This document shows positions 40,616 through 54,104 of a stretch of DNA of 64,000 nucleotides, in pieces. Position numbers and translations under genes: made by a program. The first letter of the stretch is position 1. Each line of letters starts with the position of its first letter. Origin of the DNA: Eledone cirrhosa. Its lineage: Eukaryota. The stretch is from assembly GCA_964016885.1 (NCBI GenBank), contig OZ024746.1, forward strand, positions 66,960,001 through 67,024,000, given 5' to 3'. Under the pieces are notes generated by a model. It was not told where the DNA came from, did not search any database, and saw nothing but the letters and a program-made list of their open reading frames with translations.

Positions 40616-40802
40616 TGCAGAATTGGTAAAGCGTCGGACACCATGGTTTGTAGAGTTACGTTAAGTTCAAATCCTGCCGATGTTAGCTTTGTCTTTCATC
40701 CTTACGATAAAATAAAGCACAGGTAATGCACTGCGGTCGGTTTGATTGACTTTCCCCTCCCACCAAAATTGTTGACCTTGTGCTTAAATCAGTAACCATT
40801 AT
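40616..40802 (+). mobile_element. Older SINE family 1 copy
   Basis: aagttcaaatcctgccga..gtctttcatccttacgataaaataaag..ccttgtgc. Confidence 0.75.
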
Positions 40803-42151
40803 TCTTTTAAATTTGGAAACTCAATTGATTGTGATATCCTGGAGTCACATCTGAAGGTTAAATGAAGCACCCATTCCATTTATCCTAAGACTGCTGGAAG
40901 TCGACTTAACTTGTGGGGAATCAATATTATATGACATTAAATAAGACTAAAAATCTTTCTGTAGTATTCATGTTATTCTGAAAATATTGATGATTTAATT
41001 AAAGTAAAATTTCCAAACGTGAATTAAAAATGTGTTTTAAAATTTAATTGCAAACTACGAAGTTTTTATATAATGGAATACTACAGCCTTTCGCCGAGAG
41101 CTAAGATCGACACGCTACACAGAGAAGACACCCATCAATGATTTACGAGGGTGGACGGTAACCAATTAATAATTCAGTTTATCAACCGATCTTTTTTATC
41201 GACTCACGCAATTTTCGCATTGAGGCATATCATAAATAAATCCTTGAGAAGCCACCAATTCGGTAAAATATGTGTCAGATACAAGCTACCTATTTGTATA
41301 GTAATGTTACTAATCAATATTCATCTGGAACATCTTATCGAAAATCAATTCATTATGACTTAGACAGCGGGCAACTCAATATTATCTGAGATACACAATG
41401 ACAATGCAAGATTTTAAAGATACATTATAATTAACCTGTCACTGTAAATGTATAAGCCCAAGAAAAACAAAGTCTGATCTTTGCAGGTAAATGGCAATTA
41501 TATATTTGTTTCGGACTATTGGGCTTCATTTGCAAAATATATTCTAGCCATACCTTCACTATATGGGAATCAAATCTTAGATTTAGTAAAAGTGTTAAGA
41601 ATATTGCTTGGCCGATATAATTCTGATAGTTACGATGACTATTAAGTTTTGTTTTTCTATCGCCAACAATAACCATGAGATATTTATTTCCTTGCTCCAA
41701 ATAAGAGAGATATTAAAATTAATTTACATTATCTACACAGGGCATTCAGTGCATCAATCTTTGACATAATTATCCAAATTCTTGCCATTGATACGTTTGA
41801 ATAGTTGCTTCATTCTCATTCTATTTTATTAAAAGATAAAGCAGAGGAAGAAGAATAAAAAGAAAAACAAATACAACAACAAAAACAACAACAAAAATAA
41901 CAACAATAAAACCAACAATAAAAACAACACAGACTACAACATATTGATGATGATGATTCTGGCACTGATGTGATAATAATACTTATCGTAGTATATTCAT
42001 GAGATAGCTTTCACGTTCAGGCAAACAACGAGGGATCAAATGCTTCAAATACTAAATAATACAAAATTCTGAATGATGATTTAAACTTCGTAATTAAGTT
42101 TAATTGAATGTATTTTTGAATAGAAATTACCATTACCCCCCCCCCCCCCCC

Positions 42152-42197
<46 letters not shown>

Positions 42198-42214
42198 CAT
42201 ACATACGCAGACAC

Positions 42215-42419
<205 letters not shown>

Positions 42420-42428
42420 CATATATAT

Positions 42429-42499
<71 letters not shown>

Positions 42500-42879
42500 G
42501 AATGTTAATTTCTATTCAAAATATACATTCAATTAAACTTAATTACGAAGTTTAAATATATATACACTCATATACACATATATAAATATATATATTTGTT
42601 TAGGTTATTGTCCCCCACCAAATTATGTTTTTCATTCGTAAATTACTGGACACGTTAATATATGTGAAGCAAACGAGATATTGGGAGCAAGAATTTAAAT
42701 AATTGTAAGTATTTATTCGGAAAAGCAACAAAGAAATTACATTTCTATATTTGATTGTTGTAAATGATAAAAATCAACTTAGTTCAAAAATACGTTGAAA
42801 TAAATTTTCTGTCTTGCGGATTATTGCTAACCTAAGAGTATCCAATGGGTTATACACCTCCGCCTAGCACACACACATA

Positions 42880-44726
42880 TATATATATATTATTCTGGAT
42901 ATAACATTATTCTGGATGCAGTAATGGTTAATTACTACACTGGATAGAGCTGACGTACGGTGAGGGGTTACTCAACGAGTTATGGAAGAATAGTTGAAGA
43001 AACTCAGTTCCTGATCCTTCTGTATTTCGGAGTGTAGATAAAGAATGAATAATAACAGGTAGATATCATGAAAAGATAATTTATTCTGTGTGCTTACAAA
43101 TGTTTCCACGGTTGATATACAGCCTAGTTATGCTATGTGCAAATTTATAACTATTCGCAAAACTCAATTATCATATGCTGTGACCACTGTATCATCAGAG
43201 CAGAATGGTTTAAAATGTAAAATGTAAATACCCTTAAGTGAGGTTATTGGGGGAAGATAGAGTAGAAAAGGAAGAGAGAAAGAAGGGGAGAGGGAGAGAG
43301 AGAGAGAGAGAGAGATATGCAGGGGTTGGAGAAATGGGAGAGAGTGGTTTGTAGAATACAGATATCTTAATCAAAATGTTGTGGTAGGGGTTTTATTATA
43401 CTGGTTACTCTTAAAGCGACAAACTTAAGCGATGCGTTGATATTTATGGTTGGAATTGTTTATTGTCACAGAGGGCAGGTTCATAGATGTGGAGAGGGAG
43501 GTGGACCGAGGTTCAGAGAGAGAGAGAGAGAGAGAGATGGGGAATGGAGAGAGAGGGAGAGATAGAGAGGGGAGAGACGAAAGCTATGGGATGGGTGTAC
43601 ATTGAGTTCATAGTTGTGGGTTACAAATTGCACTAAGTATCCATTTATAGTGATAAGCAGGGTATTGTCTTGTAGTGTAGTGGATATAGTTAAGAAATTG
43701 TTATTGAGAGAAAGTAGTTAGCTAGAAAGCAATGTTATAGTTACGGGTTCGAATGTTAAGTTATTTTATAGTGAGAGAATTTAGCCTTCAAGTTGTGGTT
43801 GCAGTATAATGATCGTTCGATTCTGTCATTTAGTAATTTATTTTTGGATTTTAAGATGTAAAATAATTCAAGGTTACATAACCTGCAGTACTTCAATCCA
43901 CTCCGATATGCACTAGTGCTGGAAAGTATATTCCATTTCAAGGTGAACTGTTGGTTGCGTTCACGCAGTTGCCAGGTCTTGTTGGCGAGCGTGGTCACAA
44001 AACGGTGATTAGGATTGTTTAATTGAGAATCGATGACGATACCAGCGAGATTTAAAGGAAGTAGTGGTAGACCCGACATAATACCATTTCTGGTCGTTCG
44101 ATTCAACAGTGCGTTGATAAACAATGTTGGACTTTAGGCATTTATACTTCAATGGACATCTTTCAGGTAGGTGGCAGTTACAATGTTTATTGTGGGTAGC
44201 GGGTACACCATGGATAGATTGGGATAACAGTACAGGTGGGTTGTGTAATACCCGTCTCCGATTAAGTGGTTGGGAGGCCGATACTACGTTATGCTCTTCT
44301 GTTATTAAAATATTTTGTTTTGTAGTGTTGTTTAATTGCTTTAAGTTAATTTTTTTTTATGTATGCTTCAAGGTTTGGTGCAGTGGAGTATGATAGCTTA
44401 ATAGTCTTAGAGTTCAGAATGTTACTGTATTTATGAGAACTAGGGAAATGCTTGTTGATTAACTTAAAGAATGAAAGAGATAGTTTTGTACTAATCGAAG
44501 CATTAAAAATGGGATTATACCAGATATACTTTCCACAACGTGATTTATTTGGTGATGATTTTCTATTATTAGTATGTCTGGTGGTACTGCGTGTGTGCGC
44601 TTGTATTTGTATACGCCGTTTACGTATTCTTTGATTTCGTGTAGAGCTATGTGTGTTATAGAGATTATTATCAATGTATTCTATTGTATGCCGGTGGTCG
44701 GCATTCCTTAATACATTATTATAGTA
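42880..44726 (-). mobile_element. 5'-truncated Naiad-type Penelope-like element with GIY-YIG endonuclease, pyrimidine-rich 3' UTR and hammerhead
   Basis: Translations IWYNPIFNASISTKLSLSFFKLINKHFPSSHKYSNILNSKTIKLSYSTAPNL, CNCHLPERCPLKYKCLKSNIVYQRTV..WYYVGSTTTSFKSRWYRHRFS, then after a frameshift TTLANKTWQLRE..WNIL..CRLCNLE..LLNDRIE..CNH. Stop at 43756. The 3' end abuts TA/CA repeats. Confidence 0.9.
43091..43202 (-). ncRNA. Type I hammerhead ribozyme in the PLE 3' UTR
   Basis: Minus strand reads TGCT-CTGATGA-tacagt..(long stem II)..accgtg-GAAACATTTGTA-AGCA. Confidence 0.72.
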
Positions 44727-44907
44727 GGCGGTAGATTGGCTGTATCGGTAGAGGGTCGGACACCATGCTTTAACGCATAGAGTTACGGCCCTTGCCATTC
44801 TGAGTTCAAATCCCGCCGAGGTTAACTTTGTCTTTCATCCTTACGGGGTCGATAAAACAAAGTACCAGTAATGCAATGGTTGATTGCTGGCCTTGTGCCA
44901 AAAGTAG
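44727..44907 (+). mobile_element. SINE family 1 at the truncation point of the PLE
   Basis: ggcggtagattggctgtatcgg..gagttcaaatcccgccgagg..ggccttgtgccaaaagtag. Confidence 0.9.
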
Positions 44908-45746
44908 GTTTGTCCGAAATAGGTTCTGCTGCACTCCGTGCAGCTAAGTCCATAGACGAGGTCGGAGGGGGTGCAGCGGAGGCGTGCCGGACAGAGAGAT
45001 TGGCCGTTAAGACCATGGAAGGTGGTGATGTTGGTGATGTGGGGGCAGGTGTGGCAGCGAGGCCTGGAGTAGGAAAGGGAACCGGAGGAGGGGGAGAAGA
45101 ACGTGGGTTGGGGGTAGCGAGCTGCGAACGAAGAAAAGACGGAGATTACGCGCGCGTTTGAAGGCGGGCAGGGGTGGGGATGGAAGATTGGGGGTGCGGT
45201 CGGACTGGAGGCGTCGGAAGAGACGGAGTATGGTGAGGTGGAGTTGAGGGGGAGGGGGTTGTAGGTGAGGGGGATGGGAGACAGTGGATGGGGGTGAGGG
45301 TGCGTGGGCTGAGTGTGGTGGAGCGGTGGACAGCGCGGGTGCGACTGAGGGCTTTGTGGACGTAGTAGGGAGGGGGTTAACCTTTCCGGATAAAATCGCT
45401 GACAAGAGGAAGGGCCTGGGACATTTAGTCAGCATCTCCGCTGCAGAGGCGGTCGATCTGGAGGAGTTGGGAGTAGGGAATGAAGTGTTCTGTGTGTTGG
45501 GGGAGCGAGGAGTTGAAGTCGAGGTAGGAGTGGGAGGAGGTGAGTTTGAAGAAGGCGGAGATCACGAGGGAGCAGGGGAGGGGTCGATGGTGACGGAGAT
45601 GTCCAAGAAAAGGACGTGGGTGGCGGGGATAGAGGTGGAGAAGTGGAGGGAGGGGTGGAAGGAGCAGAAGAATTAGAGAAAGGTGTCGAGCTGTTCTCGG
45701 GTGAAGGTATATATATATATACATATATATACATATATATATATAC

Positions 45747-45817
<71 letters not shown>

Positions 45818-45829
45818 TATATATATATA

Positions 45830-46262
45830 ACTTATGTTCCTATCCCTTTCTATTTTCCTTTATTTGACCGGTAGTAGCACACTGTAAGCTTTAGCCACGT
45901 CACTCGAGGGCGACCGGCAAATGTAGAAGATGCTGGATGGCGGTCGCCCTCGGGTCTTTGATTTTCAGCCCCATGGATTTTATCTATTACATTCACTTAT
46001 TATATTTCGAATACCTGATGATATCACCGGATTCATACGGAACCCGCTCATTGAAATGATCATAGTGTAATAAACCTTTCAAGGATTTACACAAATCCAG
46101 CCTCTGTCATTTCATTATAATATTTAACTCCGTAATAGCACCACCAACTACAAAAACAAAGACGGTTGAACTGCTTTACGTTGAGTACTCTCTATATTAT
46201 TACATTGAGATTGACCATACGGAATTGACCAGCTCTATCCAGTGGTGAACCTCAAACCTGAA

Positions 46263-46266
<4 letters not shown>
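45830..46266 (+). mobile_element. PLE-like tail family C with hammerhead, bounded by (TA)n on both sides
   Basis: HHR at 46011-46068, 12 bp GC stem at 45905-45952, and the 3' end shared with 5431-5525. Confidence 0.75.
46011..46068 (+). ncRNA. Type I hammerhead ribozyme
   Basis: ATAC-CTGATGA-tatcaccggattc..gaacccgctcatt-GAAATGATCATA-GTGT. Stem III is the palindrome ATGATCAT and stem II is eroded. Confidence 0.65.
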
Positions 46267-46345
<79 letters not shown>

Positions 46346-46450
46346 AGTATATCTACCAACATATGTATACAGATGTATACCCATGATAGCAAATATATAT
46401 GTTATGTCTTAATACCTTTGTGGTTCTATGCAGGGGGATGCAGAACAATT

Positions 46451-46918
46451 ATATGAAAGACGTAAAATAAGAAAATTTTTAAATTTTAAAAATTAAAAAT
46501 TAACTTACTTACTAAAATGTTCACTCCAACTAATTAGTTTCTGTAAGGGAATAAATATAGTTACGCAACGCAACTATAGAGAAGTCCTTACGTCATCAGG
46601 GAGTCTATTAGCATGATTGATTCTTTAGAATTTGCCACTGACCAAGTAGGCAGTGAATTTTTTCAGTGCCCTGGAATTTAGTCCCCGCTAGCTTTATTCC
46701 ATCCACTGAATTATTATTTTTATATGGGTTCCTAGTGTCCGCGCATTGCCTGGGAACTTAGCTGAGAATAGACTCCCTAATGACGTAAGGACTTCTCTAT
46801 AGTTGCATTGCGTAACTATATTTATTCCCTTACAGAAACTAATTAGTTGGAGTGAACATTTTAGTAAGTAAGTTAATTTTTAATTTTTTAAATTTTCTTA
46901 TTTTACGTCTTTCATATA
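46451..46918. mobile_element. Large inverted-repeat insert (about 155 bp arms, about 157 bp spacer) with a hammerhead in each arm
   Basis: atgaaagacgtaaaataag...gagtctatt pairs with aatagactcc...cttattttacgtctttcat. Confidence 0.92.
46523..46604 (-). ncRNA. Type I hammerhead ribozyme, intact core
   Basis: Minus strand reads ACTCC-CTGATGA-cGTAAGG..TATAGTT..AACTATA..CCTTACa-GAAACTAATTAGTT-GGAGT. Stem I is perfect and stem III is the palindrome ACTAATTAGT. The + copy at 46772-46853 has the core mutated to CTAATGA. Confidence 0.8.
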
Positions 46919-48872
46919 TATATAGTGAGTTAGAAACTTAGAGTAGTCTTTTACAATTAAATAGCTCTATGAAAAAAGCTTTTCCGAGTCGTACAATATA
47001 ATTGAATAAACAAGAGAGGTGAACACACATGTGCTCGAATCGTAAGGACCAAGTTTGCTAGGGTGAAAAAATACTAACTACAGCAATATGGTTTGTCAGA
47101 CTTAATTTTAAATATTAAATGAAGAAAATTAACAGACCTATATTGTGGAACCTGGGAATACGCACGTGTGTGTTTGTGTTTATATGTGGTCTGGATGTAG
47201 TTGGCGTGGTTCGAAAATAATGAAAGTGTTTGTTCATGTGTATGTTCCTAAGATATTTCCATGGAGTGTGAGATAAGATGTTGGAGATTTTGCGCGTCTT
47301 AGAATGGATAGCTGCAACGATGACCGGTAGTGTGAAATCCTGTTGTGGTAGTGCGGAAGTGGAGAGATGTGGGGGTGCGCGCGCAACAGGAACTAGTCAG
47401 AGGGTCAAGGCAGGGTGGAGAGATAGCAGTAGAGGAGGATGACAGGTAAAGAAAGGGTCTGTATGTGGTGTGGACTGTGTCTGTGTGTGCGGAGGTGGGG
47501 TTGGAAGAGGGAGGGGGAGGTGTGAAAGGTGCAGGGAGAAGGTGGTGGTGTGGGGGATGGTGTGTATATTAGTGGAGGTGTTAGTGGGATGTGTGTGTGA
47601 GGAGGTGTAGGTGGAGCGGGGAGAGAGAGAGGGAGAGAAAGGGTGTTGGGGACGGAGGAGTGAATGTAGTGTACTGGTGTGTGTGTGTTTGCATGTTTGG
47701 ACATGAGTGTATATATATATCAAGTAAGAATATTTTCGAAACAGCGAGTGGGTTTGAAATTATTAGAAATGTAAGCTATTGTCGTATTTTGACTAACATG
47801 TACGTCATGTACGTCAATGCTCATCTTTTTCCATTTCTCCGAGCGTGTTAACCCCACTATCAGGCTAAATAATTTCTTTAATTTCTTCAGTCAAAATACG
47901 GCGATATATATATATATTTTATTGAAGCAATCGAGTAACTACATATATATTTCATTTTGCTGTTTTGAAATGGACGTAAAAGGAGTGGTGTAATAAACGC
48001 AAGTTTATATATACGTACATTATTTTCTTTTTCCTTTTTGTAAATAGAATCAACGCGAGTTGATGCCCATTTTTTCTGTGAATGTATATTCATGTGTCTT
48101 GTAGTTAAAGTATTTTCTGTAATCAAAATACGGTGAAAGCTTCTAATTCTATTTTCAAAGTCTTTCAATGCTCGCCGTATTGCAAACCGACCTATTTCTG
48201 GATTTTCTTCTAGTGGAAATGCTAAAGAATCGGACAAATGCATTGCCTTATCTGTTTTGTCCCTTTGCGTTCTAAATAGATAGTAAACTTAATCGACCAC
48301 CCATTTCACACTTAATTTTCGACACACACAGGATTGGTAAACCTCGTTACCATTTCACAAGAGGCCAACAAAAGTGACGTTTTGATAATCTTACGCTTGT
48401 GTTTCTGATTATTCTTAATCGCCGGCCATATATGCCGTTGGTATTGATTATTTCGGTTTGTTAAAAGACACCCCCTTACTCCTTTACGAATTTCCACATT
48501 TATTTATTCGTAATCCATGTGGCTATTGATGACTTTTTCCGAAACATATCTGCGGATATATCCATGATAGTGCTAGAGGGCATATTATTTTCTCGTTTAG
48601 CTACCAGTGAATATTGACCGAAAGAACATTTCTGAACCCAGGCAAGAATAAACACATTTAACATCACAGCCTCTCTTTTATACCATGATAACTTAATTCA
48701 AACTTTGTATAGGCAAATACTGTTCCGTCCATTATGCTTATTTCTGACTTGACAAAAGGATATATATATAATCATGGCAATCGAATAAAACTAATTCGTT
48801 CAGAAAACAATATGTGAAGGCTAATATTATTGGATTTTCTTGTTGATTAAATCTATTGTTGAAGTTTTATCA

Positions 48873-48977
<105 letters not shown>

Positions 48978-49024
48978 TCACACACATATATATATGTGTA
49001 TATATATATATAAATATCTATCTA

Positions 49025-49053
<29 letters not shown>

Positions 49054-49055
<2 letters not shown>

Positions 49056-49915
49056 GAATAAAGTTAGTCATTCATCAGTGATCTTACAACCTTCATTGGT
49101 ATTTCATCGCTTTAAAGACCATACACTCCGGTTGGTGCGAGCAACGGCTAAAGAAAGTCGTTGGGACACGTAAATAAGGGGAACGAGCGAGACTGTAAAC
49201 AAACAAAGATGGTAATGCAACGAAAAGTGAGGAAGAAAGAGTCGAGTCCCAGATTTCCATGAATATAAGTTCGGTGAAATCGTGAACGAGAGAGAATAAA
49301 GGCCATCAAACCTAGTCGAAATGTGAGCAAGGAAAGAATTTCGCACAGGTCAAACGGGAGGAAGAAGGAGTCTAGTCCCTGAATTCGGTGAATATAAGTT
49401 CTGTTAAATCGTAGACGCGAGAGAAAAAAAGGAGCAACCAGCCTGGTCAAAGTGTGCGCGAGGAAAGAATTTCGCACAGGTCAAAAGGGAGGAAGTGGGA
49501 GAGGGAGTAGCAGAGATTGAGTGAGTGAAAGGTGAGGAAGAGGCTAACACAGAGAATGACTGTTAGAGGGGGTAAAGTAAAATGAGAGATACAGAGAAAG
49601 AGGAAGCAGTAAGAATGAAAAAGACGGGTCACAGCGGAGGAAAATATATATTTGTGAATATGAAAACAAGACGTGCTGCGTGGTTGCAAATGGGTTACAT
49701 ATGAATAAATTTAGTCCTTCATCAGTGATCTTCCAACCTTCATTGGTATTTCATCGCTTTAAAGACCATATACCTCCGGTTGGTGCGAGCAACGGCTAAA
49801 GAAAGTCGTTGGGACACGTAAATAAGGGGAACGAGCGAGACTGTAAACAATCAAATTCGATTTCTGGGACTTGACTCCTTATTCCTCACTTTTCGTTGCA
49901 TTACCATCTTTGATT
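49054..49915. mobile_element. Non-coding insert with about 150 bp direct repeats and a terminal inversion (PLE-like architecture)
   Basis: 49054-49207 is repeated at 49701-49855. About 49862-49913 is the reverse complement of about 49203-49255. An internal duplication of about 130 bp lies at 49230-49495. Confidence 0.75.
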
Positions 49916-50127
49916 AACAGAGTAACAGTATTGAAGTAGATGTAATTATGCCGTCGTATTTCGATTGAGGGATAATGAAATAAATGCAGAATTATAATGG
50001 CAATATATGTTGATTTATTTTTTCTTTGTGCTTCGTGTAAATGGGAAAATTGTTGATGTTAATAAAAATATCTTCAAAAACCTCTTACCAGCAGTAGCAC
50101 CACTACTATCAAAACCAGTCCTCGCAA

Positions 50128-50321
50128 TGGATTGGCAGTATCGGTTGAGGGTCGGACATCATGCTTTGCAGCATAGTGTTACGGCCCTTTATGATCTGAG
50201 TTCAACCGCCGAGGTTAACTTTGCCTTTCATCCTTACGAGGTCGATAAAATAAAAAGTATGTAATGGGGTCGATCTAATCCCCCAAATTGCTGGCCTTGT
50301 GCCTATAAAAGAAACCATTAT
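50128..50321 (+). mobile_element. SINE family 1
   Basis: tggattggcagtatcgg..gcctttcatccttacgaggtcgataaaat..gctggccttgtgcc. A tail fragment also lies at 50533-50575 on the minus strand. Confidence 0.85.
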
Positions 50322-50751
50322 TAAAGTCCTCGTTATTACCACCATTTTTATCACCATTATAACACACCATACTCCTAATCATAATCACCATTATTCTCAC
50401 TGGACCTCTCAATATTATTAGAGAACTTAATACATTATCATTTTCATATTTATTGGCTGAGTTCATAATACAAAGAATTATAATAATCATACACAGATAC
50501 AAACACTGAATGATATATTTTCTTAGATTACCAAATAATTGTTTCTATTTTAGGCACAAGGCCAGAAATTACCCAGTTTAGATTACCAAATAATGAATGT
50601 ATGGAAAAAGAAGAGAAATAATGGTTACATTACATGTTATACACGAAATTAGTTACTGGCATCAATGAACACCTGCGTAAAAGTGCAAAGCGGTTTCGGC
50701 TTGTAACCGGCAAAAATGTTCAAACGCGTAAGCACCACCGTCTGGTGATTA

Positions 50752-50847
<96 letters not shown>

Positions 50848-50983
50848 AAGGTATATATATATATATATATATGTAAAGGTATATATATATATATATAAGT
50901 CTAATGTCAGTCTTATGCCAGAAAGCTCAGGGCAAAAAGTGTCTGAGAGTACAAGTCCATCGCAAGTTTAAACACCCACCAAT

Positions 50984-51128
50984 TGCTGGTACTCATTTTC
51001 AGCTGAGTATACTGGGGCAACGTGAAATGAAGTGCAGTTTTGCTCAAGAACACAACACGCAACCCAGGAATCGAACCCATGACATTATGATCGTATGTCC
51101 AACGCGCTTGCTTCTAGATGATGTACCT
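50984..51128 (-). mobile_element. SINE family 2
   Basis: gcaacgtgaaatgaagtg..tgctcaagaacacaac..caggaatcgaacc is similar to 9505-9570. Confidence 0.7.
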
Positions 51129-51134
51129 GGACTT

Positions 51135-51171
<37 letters not shown>

Positions 51172-51276
51172 GTATATGTATGTATATATATATATATATA
51201 TGCATACAGATACATATATATATATATATACAGATATATATGTACGTATATATATAAATACATAAATACATATATA

Positions 51277-51365
<89 letters not shown>

Positions 51366-51450
51366 GGGGTAACAGATTATTGTTATAGGGAGTTCACTTA
51401 AGTGTAGTACAGTTATGATACTCCGGGTAGTGGATGATATCAACGCTTGG

Positions 51451-51491
<41 letters not shown>

Positions 51492-53186
51492 AATGTTAAA
51501 CAAGGTTCAATAAATAAATCAAAGAATTAGTTTTACAATAGATTGAAAGCACTCAACCGAAACGATTTTCCGGAGTTATTAATATTAATTAAAAATATTA
51601 ACAGTATTTTGAATGTATATATATATATATATTTATATATATTTATTTATATACACAACCACCCATGCTTATGCTGCTACGTTTCATATCATTAACTGTG
51701 TATATTCATATTACATACGCCTCGTTAAGCGATTAGTCTTGTGTCGATCAATATCTGAGATGATCTGGATGCCTATCCTAAAATCACTCTGGTATGGCAT
51801 ATGTAAGATTATGCATAATGAATTGACTCTGTTTGATTTGAACATGAAAGTACAATCTGATATTTCAAACTTTTGCTTTAACGTAAATGCATAATTACTA
51901 TTTAACGGGAAAACATCTCGGAGCTACAGAGTAACTTTCTGATACACATACAATATATTGACGTAATAACAGCAAATATATTGCCACGTACAAAGGTTTT
52001 ATGATAACTTCAATCAACCATATACTCGATGCTACATCTGTTGACTTAGTTAATTTTGAATTTCGGAAACCAATTAGCGATGAGCATTCGAAAGATGAAT
52101 GCGTTCAACGGAACAATTAATGTTAAACTTCACAGAGGCATTTCTAAAATCCATTACTGTCAGACCTTTCAAAGAAACTACACATGCTTTGAGTATGTTT
52201 CAACCTGCCTTTTAAATAACATGAATGAAATCCATATTATTGCGAATCAGTTAACATTTTCAGACCAATTTACTTTTCAGTATGCAACGCTCGAGGAAAT
52301 CGTTCAACACACACACTCATAAGGATATAATATTGCACGTATAATTTCAGACATTGTCTAATGCTTTAAAAATTCAAATATTCCTGGAACAATGTGTTAA
52401 AGAGACATATCGTTGCAATGCATATAAGCAAAAACACCGCATATGCGTTTCTAATAATTTTGATTGAAACTGGACGACAGATTGAAGCTATTGACTAGGA
52501 GATCATGAGGCAAATATCCCACAATAATGCAGAAAACAAATGTCATCAAAAACTCTAGATAGTTTGCCAATTCATATCACTGGTGTCGGACTCTAATGAA
52601 TCAACACTAAAAATAAAAATATGAAATGTAAATTTGATAGAGGTGAGATTTGAATTGACATTCCATAGAGCCGAAGCCGCTATCGCAAGGTATTTTGCCA
52701 CACGCTCTAACGATTTCGGCAATCCACAGCTTTCACCGATGCTTCTATTAACGAATCTGAATGGATGAAAGAGAAATGGGCGTCTATATTATTTGAATTT
52801 AAGGCACAATGGGTCAGAAAACTGCCTCAATTTTGTCTCAAATTATAATGATTTAGTAAGTTCGCTGCATGCTACGTGTTTGAATTGTGCGTAGCATATC
52901 TTGGTAGTTCTTCTTTCTTAGTTCTTAAATTGTATTAACTGATTTTCACTGCTAAATTATTCTCAGCCACACGCCAATCAAGCTATAACTGCGTCACTAA
53001 AAACTTAGACTAGAATCAAATTAAATCTAGATGATTTACTTCTCATCTGCTATCAAAACGGCAGCCGCTTAACTACTTCTAATAATATGAACAATACTTT
53101 CCTTATGTATAGCATTCTAAGATGAATCGTGGTATACTCCGTCTTAACTAGTAACTTCCCACCACTCTCTCTCCCGTCTCTCTCTT

Positions 53187-53225
<39 letters not shown>

Positions 53226-53232
<7 letters not shown>

Positions 53233-54104
53233 ACTAGAAATTGATTAACATATATATAAACATGAATAATCACAGGAGATAATTTAAAGATTAATCATAT
53301 TATATTATATTTTTGAAGTTCTAGTCAACTTTATTTAGTTACCTACCTAGCTGTGTGTGGTTACACACTTGTAAAAATTATCTCCTGTGATTATTCATGT
53401 TTATATATATGTTAATCAATTTCTAGTTATTATAAAATGCTCGGACCTACTCGATAGAATCTGTGAGCTTATTTTCCGGGTGATATGGCGCATACCGTTA
53501 TGGCATGATAACCATAATTTTGATTTAGATTGAATTCATTTAATTTATCTTAATAAATACGGCTCCTTAATTGTAGAGCTAACTCTGTTGAAAGGAATCG
53601 ACTGCTGTTTCTAGTTGTCGAAAACCCTATTCACGCCACTGAGACGAAGCTGCTGTGATGTGTAAACACAACACGTGGTAGTAGCCAGTTGCAGATTTGA
53701 ACGTGTAGTGTAAACATGGATTGCTGGAAATGTTTCTTCCTTGTTGAAAATCCAAAATATCCACTTCCCTGATTAATTGGTGAAATATATTTCTTTAATG
53801 GAATATATACAGGGAAGATTAATCATATTGTAAGGTATCTATTTTTGAAGTTCCAATCAACTTTATTTAATCAACTTTATTTAATTACCTACCTAGCTAT
53901 GTGTGGTTACGTACTTGTAAAAATTATCTCCTGTGATTATTCAAGTTTATATATATGTTAATCAATTTCTAGTTATTATAAAATGCTCGGACCTACTCGA
54001 TAGAATCTTTGAGCTTATTTTCCGGGTGATATGGCGCATGCCGTTATGGCATGATACCCATAATTTTGATTTAGATTGAATTCATTTAATTTATCTTCAT
54101 TTTT

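Noticed and set aside
43756-44190. Selenocysteine recoding, reported for some Naiad PLEs
   Set aside because: The linker and C-terminal Cys positions I translated in both PLE copies are TGT or TGC, with no in-frame TGA at those sites.
47887-48650. Coding-like minus-strand segment (118 aa ORF)
   Set aside because: No motif I recognise, and neighbouring frames contain stops. It may be an old transposon and needs BLASTx.
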